Source of the DNA: Alphaproteobacteria bacterium
Lineage (GTDB): Bacteria > Pseudomonadota > Alphaproteobacteria > Rickettsiales > SXRF01
Reading direction: 5' to 3'
NCBI GenBank assembly: GCA_025360605.1
Contig: JANYBV010000040.1
Coordinates: 2,193 to 66,192 of the forward strand
Length of the DNA stretch: 64,000 nt
Below the pieces are notes generated by a model that was given only the letters and a program-made list of their open reading frames with translations, searched no databases and was not told where the DNA came from. Position 1 is the stretch's first letter, and each line of letters opens with the position of its first letter. Shown here piece by piece: positions 20,537 to 28,775 of the stretch. A program made the position numbers and the translations under genes.

Positions 20537-21538
20537 ATGACACAATCAGTTTTGGTAGCCGGTGGCGCTGGTTACATCGGGTCGCATGTATGTAAAGTGC
20601 TGGCCCAGTCCGGTTATACTCCGGTTACGCTGGATAATCTATGCACGGGGCGGCGCGATTTTGTGCGCTTTGGCCCATTGGTGGAAGCCTCGGTGTCGGA
20701 CACTGCGGTGGTTGCCAGCACCGTAAAAAAATATGATATCAAGGCTGTCATTGATCTGGCGGGTTCCATTGAGGTCGCCGAATCGGTCAAAAATCCCCTG
20801 AAATATTATGATAATAATTTTGCGGTCAAAATTCCTTTCCTGAAAACGCTAAGCGAATGTGGCGTGAAGGCGGTGGTATTTTCATCGACTGCGGCGGTAT
20901 ATGGCGAGCCGGTGGTGGTTCCTATTCCTGAATCCCACCAGCTTATCCCAAAAAACCCCTACGGCAGCTCGAAGCTGGCGTATGAGCAATTGCTGCGCGA
21001 TTTTCATCTGGCGGGCGGGCCTGCGTGGATGGCGCTGCGTTATTTTAATGCTGCGGGTGCATCATTTGACGGCGATATCGGCGAATGTCACGAACCTGAA
21101 TCACACCTTATCCCGCTGGCATGCTTTGCTAATCTCGGGAAGAATGACGCGCTGAGCATTTTCGGAAATGATTACCCTACTCAGGACGGAACCGCTATTC
21201 GTGATTACATCCATGTGCTTGATCTTGCATCCGCGCATGTGCTGGCGGTGGAAGCGCTGTTAAAAGGGGCAGCTCCTACGGCCTACAATCTTGGCAACGG
21301 CATCGGCACATCCATTGGTGAAATCATGGCGTGCTTCGAGCGCATCGGGTTTCCCGTACCCCATACATTTAAACCGCGCCGCGCCGGTGATCCGATCCGT
21401 CTGGTCGCCGATTCAAGCGCCGCCAAGACAAATCTTGGCTGGACCCCGAAATATGCCGACATCGAAACTATTATCCGCTCCGCCCACCAGTGGCACACGA
21501 AGACGCTGGCGGCGGAAAAGAATGTGAAGGTGGGCTGA
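20537..21538 (+). CDS. galE: UDP-glucose 4-epimerase
   Basis: GGAGYIGSH Rossmann motif, SSTAAVYG and YGSSK (YxxxK), 333 aa. Confidence 0.85.
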   Translation: MTQSVLVAGGAGYIGSHVCKVLAQSGYTPVTLDNLCTGRRDFVRFGPLVEASVSDTAVVASTVKKYDIKAVIDLAGSIEVAESVKNPLKYYDNNFAVKIPFLKTLSECGVKAVVFSSTAAVYGEPVVVPIPESHQLIPKNPYGSSKLAYEQLLRDFHLAGGPAWMALRYFNAAGASFDGDIGECHEPESHLIPLACFANLGKNDALSIFGNDYPTQDGTAIRDYIHVLDLASAHVLAVEALLKGAAPTAYNLGNGIGTSIGEIMACFERIGFPVPHTFKPRRAGDPIRLVADSSAAKTNLGWTPKYADIETIIRSAHQWHTKTLAAEKNVKVG

Positions 21539-21540
21539 GC

Positions 21541-22815
21541 ATGTCAAAACCGCTTTTTTCACTGGATTTAACGCATGCCCTCGAGGCCGTGGATACAAAA
21601 CGTTATGATCACTGGCTCGATACGATAGTAAAGGCGTTACCGCGTATTCAGGCGCAGCCGCAAAGGGAAGCCAAGCCTGTGCTTGAACTGCCCGCTAAAA
21701 ATGACGACCTGAAAGACATTGAAGCGATCGCCAGAGCAATCTCTGACCATTTCGGTACGTTGCTGGTGGTGGGCATGGGCGGTTCGTCACTGAGCGCGGA
21801 AACGCTGGCGTATATTCATAAGCCTTCACGCGTGAAACTGGAATTCCTCGATAATATCGACCCCAAAACGATGGAAACACTGACCAATGCGCTGGACTGG
21901 AAAAATACCGCCGTCCTTGTGATCAGCAAATCGGGTAATACCATTGAAACGCTGGCGCAGATGTCGGTGTTGCTGAGCAAGGCAAAAAAAGTACTCGGCA
22001 CGAATATCTCCAAGCATTTCTTTGTCATTACGATCACGAATGATAATCCGCTGCATGCGGTAGCCAAGGCACACCAGATGAAGGTGTTGGCACATGACCC
22101 TGATCTGGGCGGGCGCTTTTCGATTCTGTCGTCGGTGGGGCTGATTCCCGCCGCTGCCATCGGCATGGACATTCGTGCCCTGCGTGAAGGCGCAAGGAAG
22201 GTGCTTGCAGTTAATTTTGATGCAACCACAACAGGCTGTGCCGCACGTTCGGCAGCGTTACACCGGTCACTGATTGAAAAAAATATCCGCCTTAACGTCA
22301 TGATGCATTACTGTGACCGTCTGGCGGGTCTTGCCAACTGGTACCGCCAGTGCTGGGGTGAAAGTTTGGGTAAATGCGTGGAAGCCTCAACTCCTATCCG
22401 CAGCCGTGGCACCACCGACCAGCATAGCCAGTTGCAGCTCTATCTCGACGGGCCGAAGGACAAGCTGTTTACCCTGATGCTACTGGATTGTGCAGGGCAG
22501 GGCGAACCTATCGCGTTTGAAGGGGCTGATGACAAGCGCCTTGAATTCATGAAGGGCCGCACGCTGGGTGACCTGATGGTGGCTGAACAAAAAGGAACGC
22601 TGGCAACTATGGTAAAACGCGGTTGCCCGCTGCGCAGCTTCACGATGAACGAGCTGAACGAAGAAGTGCTTGGCGGACTGCTGATGCATTTCACACTGGA
22701 AACCATGTTCACGGCGGAATTGCTGGGGGTTAATGCCTTTGACCAGCCGGCGGTGGAAGAGAGTAAAGTCCTCGCACTTCAGTATCTCGCCGAACTCAAA
22801 TCCAACGCAGCCTAG
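21541..22815 (+). CDS. pgi: glucose-6-phosphate isomerase (short form)
   Basis: GMGGSSL and ISKSGNTIET motifs with SIS-domain architecture. ATG at 21541 lies 2 nt after the galE stop and is preferred over the longer ORF starting at 21490. Confidence 0.75.
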   Translation: MSKPLFSLDLTHALEAVDTKRYDHWLDTIVKALPRIQAQPQREAKPVLELPAKNDDLKDIEAIARAISDHFGTLLVVGMGGSSLSAETLAYIHKPSRVKLEFLDNIDPKTMETLTNALDWKNTAVLVISKSGNTIETLAQMSVLLSKAKKVLGTNISKHFFVITITNDNPLHAVAKAHQMKVLAHDPDLGGRFSILSSVGLIPAAAIGMDIRALREGARKVLAVNFDATTTGCAARSAALHRSLIEKNIRLNVMMHYCDRLAGLANWYRQCWGESLGKCVEASTPIRSRGTTDQHSQLQLYLDGPKDKLFTLMLLDCAGQGEPIAFEGADDKRLEFMKGRTLGDLMVAEQKGTLATMVKRGCPLRSFTMNELNEEVLGGLLMHFTLETMFTAELLGVNAFDQPAVEESKVLALQYLAELKSNAA

Positions 22816-23915
22816 ATTAACGGGTATTTTAAACAGATCCTCTTGCCGAGATAGCGGAAGGGGACTTCCAGAAACACATAGCTGATGGTGGCAACACCCA
22901 GCGTGACCATGATGAACATTGCTCCCAACATGGGTTTTTCCAGATGTTTGAAATAGGTTGAATAGGTAAAGATGTAGCCAATCGGCAAATGCAGCAGATA
23001 GACCGAATAGCTGATGCGTCCCAAAAAACGGAATTGCGGCAGCCCGAAAAACCATCCGATCAGACTTTTCCTATACAGGCTTATGATGATGATGGCCGGA
23101 AAAATAAAAAGCTGGAAGATATAATCATCAGAGATGATGGACGGATAATCATGAAATCTCAGTAAGATAACGGTGGTCGCTGCCAGCACTATTTCAAAGC
23201 AAAACAGGAAAACCCAAGGAATGACGGGCAGGCGGAGGTGGTTGCGGTAGATGAGCACCCCCAGAGAAAAACCGACAATGCCGCGCGCTATAGTTTCATT
23301 GAAAATAGGCGTATTGGCCATGGACAGATGGAGCGTGTGCGGTGAGAGGTTGATCAGGTATATGCTGCACACCGCAATGCTGGCCCAGAGCAGATAGCTT
23401 GGCACAATGCGGAATTGCCAGACGAGCGAGAAATAGAGCAGGTTGACAATCCACTCCACCGATACTGACCACGCAGGACCGTTCCAAGGTTCCACCATGC
23501 CTCCGATGTTACCGAGCATGGTGAGCTGTAAAAACAACCGCCAGATGAAATTGGGGCCCATACCAAAATCGACAGCATTGCCATAATGCAATGGCTTTAA
23601 CACATAGGCATTGACGGCAAGAAAACAGCCAATGCTGATAATATAAAGCGGATACAGACGCGCAATGCGCTTGATGCAGAAGTGATGGAAGCTGACGGTG
23701 CGAAGCGCGATAGCGCCTTCATACTGGCGGGAGATAATGAATCCGGAGAGAATAAAAAAGAAATCCACGCCCAGATAACCATAGCTTGCGAACTGGGTAG
23801 AAGAAAACATGCCATAAAAGTGGAACAGCACCACGAACATGGATACAACGCCGCGCCAGCCTTCGAGAGGGGCTAGATAGGTTTTGCTGGTGATGAGGTG
23901 ATTAGGTTCGGTCAC
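22812..23915 (-). CDS. acyltransferase-3 family membrane protein (ExoZ-like position next to galE/pgi)
   Basis: LEGWRGVVSMFVVLFHF and GVDFFFILSGFII motifs, polytopic. GTG start. Its stop overlaps the pgi stop (convergent genes). Confidence 0.75.
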   Translation of the reverse strand: MTEPNHLITSKTYLAPLEGWRGVVSMFVVLFHFYGMFSSTQFASYGYLGVDFFFILSGFIISRQYEGAIALRTVSFHHFCIKRIARLYPLYIISIGCFLAVNAYVLKPLHYGNAVDFGMGPNFIWRLFLQLTMLGNIGGMVEPWNGPAWSVSVEWIVNLLYFSLVWQFRIVPSYLLWASIAVCSIYLINLSPHTLHLSMANTPIFNETIARGIVGFSLGVLIYRNHLRLPVIPWVFLFCFEIVLAATTVILLRFHDYPSIISDDYIFQLFIFPAIIIISLYRKSLIGWFFGLPQFRFLGRISYSVYLLHLPIGYIFTYSTYFKHLEKPMLGAMFIMVTLGVATISYVFLEVPFRYLGKRICLKYPLI

Positions 23916-24031
23916 GCGAGGTCATTCATATAACATAAGTTAATAAAAATTAATGTGTTTATACTGATTTCCCAAAAGAAATCCAGCAGAACACGCAGTA
24001 TCTCATGAATTTATTGTTTAAATATAAATAT

Positions 24032-24072
24032 CCACAAACAAAAACAGCCACGGTCCCTTGCGGGTGTGGCTG
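24032..24072 (-). terminator. intrinsic terminator of the codon-deviant 190-aa gene
   Basis: On the minus strand: CAGCCAC-A-CCC-GCAA-GGG-ACC-GTGGCTG, followed by TTTTTGTTTGTGG. Confidence 0.55.
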
Positions 24073-24145
24073 TTTCTGGTTGTCTTACCTCACTTTTTAG
24101 GGGGAGGCGGGACGGGGTTTACTCGACGCCTTGGTAGACGTTACT

Positions 24146-24718
24146 TCACTTCTTCGCGGGCAGGATGAGCAGGAAACCTGCATTCTCTTGACCGTGCAGG
24201 TACTCGCTGTTGGGCTTGTACTGCTCGCTCAGCTTGCCGACGATCTGAATCGGGTCTTCGTAGACCTTTTTCTTCGCGTCGTACCCGATGAAGATGACCT
24301 TGAGGTCCTTCTTGTTGCTGCCGAACCCCGAGCTTCCTTCCGGAGCGAGGATGAGGCTAGCTCCGTTGTAGGAACCGACGACCGCTGTGGAGCCGTCTGA
24401 GTTGAACGTCACGGCCCCGATCTTGACTTGCGTCTTGACGGGGCTGCCATCCTTGTTCGGGATGTTGAACGCGTCGAACCCGAGGTTGGGCTTGGGCAGG
24501 TCGATGACTTTCGTCATGGCGCTGCTGGCCACCTTGAGGTCCACGTCCATCATGAGCCCGTCGATCTTCTCGACGATGCCCTTGACCAACTCAGCCTTCT
24601 CCTTGACGGTCAACTTCTTCTCCGGCGGGGCCTTCTTGTCTTGGCCGCGGAGGGCGCTGCTGTTCGCGAGGAACAGCGCGAGCACCGCGAGGGTACTCAT
24701 CAACGAAAACGTACGCAT
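24146..24718 (-). CDS. secreted hypothetical protein, compositionally foreign
   Basis: 190 aa. Signal peptide MRTFSLMSTLAVLALFLANSSALRG. AGGAG 6 nt upstream of the ATG. Codons are almost all G/C-ending (AAG, GAG, GAC, ATC, TTC, CTC, GTC), unlike neighbouring genes. No family recognised. Confidence 0.7.
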   Translation of the reverse strand: MRTFSLMSTLAVLALFLANSSALRGQDKKAPPEKKLTVKEKAELVKGIVEKIDGLMMDVDLKVASSAMTKVIDLPKPNLGFDAFNIPNKDGSPVKTQVKIGAVTFNSDGSTAVVGSYNGASLILAPEGSSGFGSNKKDLKVIFIGYDAKKKVYEDPIQIVGKLSEQYKPNSEYLHGQENAGFLLILPAKK

Positions 24719-25297
24719 GGTTTGCTCCTGCCACGTTTGTGGCGGGCTTGGGTCTATGCTGGCGAAATTGCCAGTGCAGGGTCGACCGAAACTCCCCGCA
24801 TGCGTATTGCTAACGGTACACGCGTACCGAAATAGCCGATGTAATCATCTCCAGGGACACTAAAAACGTGCCGTGGATCTAAGCCTTTCTATTTAACTTG
24901 CGAAAAATAGAAATCTTGGATGGTCGAATATTAACCTAATATTAAGATTCGGTCAATGTAATTCAGTTTTTAAGCTTGATAGCTGGATATCGAACAGCAT
25001 TCTTCCCTGATCTTAAAATAAAAAATTCAATTATATCAATTAGTTGATAAGGAAATCGGAACGCAGCCTCTGTGGGGATATTTTTGTTTTGTTTTTTTGT
25101 TCTTTGGCTGGATAACCCGTAACTTACCTGTTCATGGGGATCGTTCCATTAACGATATAGTTATTCTATGGCGCTAAAATCTTCAGGTAATCGCTTGCTT
25201 AAAGTGTAAAAATACATTAACAAACGCGGGTGGTTAAAATATGTTAACCTCTGGGTTGTTGTCGAAGTGAAGTGAGATAGAAAGCAATAGTCATTCA

Positions 25298-26563
25298 ATG
25301 GAATTTGCCCACGCAGTTTATAACATTATCGTTACGCTGATTGCCGTTTACACGGTCAGGCACTACGTGTTCACGCTCAACCGTCTGTACGGTGCGCAGC
25401 GCCATCCGTTTATCGACATCGATACGGCGAACTGGCCGACGGTGACGGTGCTTGTGGCCGCGCATAACGAAGAAGCGGTGATCATGAATTCGCTGGAAGC
25501 GCTGGTGAATGTGCATTACCCGCAAGAGCGCATCAAAATTGTTGTGGTGAATGACCGAAGCAAAGACAAAACCGGCGAGATCATTGAAGCCTACATGGCA
25601 AAATATCCCGGACGTATTTTCCATTTCGACCGCAAAGAGGGAAAACCAGGAAAAGCCGCCGCACTGAAGGATGCCACCGAAACTGTAACCAGCGATATCA
25701 TCGTGGTGTTCGATGCGGATTACATTCCGGGCCGCGGCTTGATTAAACAAATTGTATCGCCGTTCTTTGACCCCGAAACCGGACTTGTTATGGGGCGCGT
25801 GGTTCCTATCAACACCGGACATAATTTGCTCACGCGTTTGCTGGATATGGAACGTGCAGGCGGTTATCAGGTGGATCAGCAGGCACGCATGAATATGGGG
25901 CTTTTGCCGCAATATGGCGGCACAGTAGGTGGTGTTCGTATGGCGACCCTGCGTGACGTGGGTGGGTGGCATGATAATACGCTGGCGGAAGATACCGACC
26001 TGACGTACCGCGCGCTCTTGCGCGGCTGGAAAACGGTCTATCAGAACCGCTCTGAATGCTACGAGGAAGTGCCCGAAACATGGGCGGTGCGTATTCGCCA
26101 GATTATACGCTGGGCAAAGGGCCATAACCAGTCGCTGCGCCGTTATACGGGGGATGTGCTGAAAAACAGGAACCTGCGCTTCGCCGAGCGTCTGGACGCA
26201 CTATTACTGCTGGGTGTGTATGCCATGTCACCGGTTATCCTGATTGGCTGGGTGCTTGGGATTTACTTGTTCTATTGTGGAGAAATGCGCGTGTATGGTG
26301 GTTATTTGCCGCTGCTGGCACTAATCTCTTATTCGGCAGTCGGCAACACCGCCGCGTTTTTTGAAATTGCCGCTGCTGTATATCTTGATGGCGGGCGCAA
26401 ACGCCTGAGGCTGCTGCCGCTCAATTTCTTCAATTTTATGATCAGTACCATTTCCGTATCCCGCGGGATTATCACCTATGTTTTTGCTAAGCCGGAAGGA
26501 CGCGAAAAGTGGGAAAAGACGGAACGTTTCCGAACCCAAAACGCGGTTATTATGAGCCTATGA
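25298..26563 (+). CDS. processive family-2 glycosyltransferase (polysaccharide synthase; NodC/PgaC/YaiP-like)
   Basis: VAAHNEE, VVNDRSKDKT, FDADY (DxD), LAEDTDLTYR and RQIIRWAKG (QxxRW). One N-terminal and several C-terminal TM helices. Confidence 0.85.
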   Translation: MEFAHAVYNIIVTLIAVYTVRHYVFTLNRLYGAQRHPFIDIDTANWPTVTVLVAAHNEEAVIMNSLEALVNVHYPQERIKIVVVNDRSKDKTGEIIEAYMAKYPGRIFHFDRKEGKPGKAAALKDATETVTSDIIVVFDADYIPGRGLIKQIVSPFFDPETGLVMGRVVPINTGHNLLTRLLDMERAGGYQVDQQARMNMGLLPQYGGTVGGVRMATLRDVGGWHDNTLAEDTDLTYRALLRGWKTVYQNRSECYEEVPETWAVRIRQIIRWAKGHNQSLRRYTGDVLKNRNLRFAERLDALLLLGVYAMSPVILIGWVLGIYLFYCGEMRVYGGYLPLLALISYSAVGNTAAFFEIAAAVYLDGGRKRLRLLPLNFFNFMISTISVSRGIITYVFAKPEGREKWEKTERFRTQNAVIMSL

Positions 26564-27723
26564 TGAGCTGGCCCACCATATTGGTACTTGTGACCATCGG
26601 TTTGTTCATGTTGCCGCTGATACCAGCGATCATGGAACTGTACATGCCGACGGACATCACCCCGCTGAAAGTGGTGCAGGCCTATGACAATAATCCGATG
26701 CATTTTGCCAACGGTTTCAGGAATTATGTGCACAAGCAATTTGCTGTCACCAGCATCAGCGAATTACAGGAGCGCACGCTGGTTAAGGGACAACTGGAAG
26801 ATGGCACTAATTATCACATATTACAGGAATCCGACAATGGCAGTCCCGCTCAGGATATGGAAAAAGAACAGGTATTGATCTCGCACCATCCGATTATCCT
26901 GCCAGCGGATAAAGTGTACGAAGCTGAAATTTACTCCGCCAGCAATATCTCCACAGGAAAAAATTCCCGTTTCCGCGCGCTACTCTCCGACAATACGCTG
27001 ACGCTGAATGACGACTGCGTGGTGCTGCGCTGGGTTCACAGTGAAAACGATATGATGGTAGGGGAAAATTCGATTCTTTTGGGCAGGGCCACCTCAAACA
27101 ATACGATCACCCTTTCCAAGGGATGTTTTTTCGAGCGTTTAAACGCCAGAAAAATTATCACGGTGGAAGAGCTGCCATCTAAAACCATCGATACCTCCAT
27201 AGAACGGACATTTTTGGAAGCCTTAAAGGATGTCAAAATTCAGGCCGGAAGACGAAGCTTGCTGGAGGGTAACCTTGATTTCCCTGCTTACCATACGTTT
27301 GACGGCGATATTGTGGCGGGCACGACGGCTATTATTGGCGATTACGCTCACATTAAGGGCAGCGTAAAAAGTAACGCGATGAACGACATCACCTACTATC
27401 TGCAAAAGACAGGCGTTGTTCCCAATAAAGAAAAAAATATCGCCCGCTGCGAGCTGGGACATTATGTGAGGATCGATGGTTCACTGGTCAGCACGCACGA
27501 TCTGTATATCGGTGAAAATTGCTGGATTGGCGGACCTGTGATTGCAGAAAATCTGCTCGTTATCCGCAGCGGAACGGTGATTGGAACGCCTGAGCAGCCT
27601 TGCACTGTAACGGCGGCTAACATCATTATTGAAAGTGGTTGCGTAATTTACGGAACATTGTGGGCGGGTAAACAGGGGCAGGTGACCGGCCCGCAACATA
27701 ATGTGGAAGGGCTTGCCGCATGA
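26560..27723 (+). CDS. membrane-anchored protein with two bactofilin-like (polymer-forming cytoskeletal type) beta-helix modules
   Basis: ATGA overlap with the synthase gene. N-terminal TM segment (WPTILVLVTIGLFMLPLIPAIM). Two regions of short G/N-x-hydrophobic repeats, e.g. FDGDIVAGTTAIIGDYAHIKGSV... and LYIGENCWIGGPVIAENLLVIRSGTVIG... Confidence 0.6.
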   Translation: MMSWPTILVLVTIGLFMLPLIPAIMELYMPTDITPLKVVQAYDNNPMHFANGFRNYVHKQFAVTSISELQERTLVKGQLEDGTNYHILQESDNGSPAQDMEKEQVLISHHPIILPADKVYEAEIYSASNISTGKNSRFRALLSDNTLTLNDDCVVLRWVHSENDMMVGENSILLGRATSNNTITLSKGCFFERLNARKIITVEELPSKTIDTSIERTFLEALKDVKIQAGRRSLLEGNLDFPAYHTFDGDIVAGTTAIIGDYAHIKGSVKSNAMNDITYYLQKTGVVPNKEKNIARCELGHYVRIDGSLVSTHDLYIGENCWIGGPVIAENLLVIRSGTVIGTPEQPCTVTAANIIIESGCVIYGTLWAGKQGQVTGPQHNVEGLAA

Positions 27724-28775
27724 GGTTCATGTTCACATTATTGTCATTGATGGTGCTGCTATTGTTGGCGCAGGAGGCTATGGCTAAAAAAACGAAGCTT
27801 ATTGCCCCTAGTCCGATTGGCAAAGAACTTAAGCTCGATCCTATTTATCTGCGTCCGGACGGGGCAATTATGACGCTGACCAGCGGACAGCTGGTTGACC
27901 CCTATTTTCCGACCAAGGCGCTGCTGATTGCTCAGGACAGCGGTATGGATATTTCTAAAATTGCCGGCGACTGGATTAAGTGGATGCTGGCCCGCCAAGA
28001 CAGCAGCGGGTTATTTTTCCGTTATTGTTTTAAGGAGAATGATACAACGTATACGGCCTGTGCGGAAGCGGATGCGGACGATGCCATGCTGGCGATGTGG
28101 ATTGAACTGCTTTACCGTATGGCACCCAGAAAAGGGCTTCCTAAAGAATGGAAGGAAAGTGCTGACAAGGCCGAGTATCAGCTAAATTCAATTTATAACC
28201 CAAAAGCGACGGTGTTCTTTGTTTCCAAATCCATGCAGGCAGGCTTGCTCATGGATAATATCGAAATTTACTCTGCATTTAAACGTATTGAGCGTGACGC
28301 GGTGCGCTTGGGTGATGGGAAAAAAGCGGTTGAGTATCGTGGCAAAGCCGAGCAGCTGAAAATCGGCATTATAGGCAATTTCTGGGATGATAAAAACAAG
28401 CGTTTCATTGCCTCTACACAGGCTCGCACCGAGACCAAATTTTATCCCGATGTCGTTGACCAGCTGGTGCCGATGATGCACGGTTTTTCTGTTACTAAAA
28501 TTCCATCAGAAAACAGCTTTTATAAAAGCTGGATTAAACACCATAAAAATGAATGGTTCGCACTTTTGGGTAAGGATTATCCATGGGGCTTGTTGGCTGT
28601 GATGGCGGAAAAACGTGGTGACCACAATACGTCGGGTTGCTGGCTGAAGCTTTCTGCGCCATCAAGGCATTCCGCAATCTGGAATGTCATGGACGAAACT
28701 GCATTCCAGATTGTGGAATGGAAGCTCGGAAAGAAAAAGATTGATGATAAGCAGTGCGCAGGAGGTGCATTATGA
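27720..28775 (+). CDS. periplasmic protein of unknown family (possible alpha/alpha-toroid polysaccharide hydrolase/modifier)
   Basis: ATGA overlap with the upstream gene. Signal peptide MRFMFTLLSLMVLLLLAQEAMA. Helix-rich and W/Y-rich sequence. The function is inferred only from operon position. Confidence 0.55.
   Translation: MRFMFTLLSLMVLLLLAQEAMAKKTKLIAPSPIGKELKLDPIYLRPDGAIMTLTSGQLVDPYFPTKALLIAQDSGMDISKIAGDWIKWMLARQDSSGLFFRYCFKENDTTYTACAEADADDAMLAMWIELLYRMAPRKGLPKEWKESADKAEYQLNSIYNPKATVFFVSKSMQAGLLMDNIEIYSAFKRIERDAVRLGDGKKAVEYRGKAEQLKIGIIGNFWDDKNKRFIASTQARTETKFYPDVVDQLVPMMHGFSVTKIPSENSFYKSWIKHHKNEWFALLGKDYPWGLLAVMAEKRGDHNTSGCWLKLSAPSRHSAIWNVMDETAFQIVEWKLGKKKIDDKQCAGGAL

Noticed and set aside
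21490-21540. Longer pgi start overlapping galE by 49 nt
   Set aside because: The ATG at 21541 lies 2 nt after the galE stop, and the extra residues are not PGI-like.
22480-23055. 191-aa ORF spanning the convergent ends of pgi and the acyltransferase gene
   Set aside because: It overlaps two well-supported genes on both sides and has no motif. It is an artefact.
25295-26125. 276-aa minus-strand ORF antisense to the synthase gene
   Set aside because: The plus strand carries a complete set of GT2 motifs (DxD, ED, QxxRW). The antisense product is His/Arg-rich with no recognisable motif. It is most likely a frame artefact.
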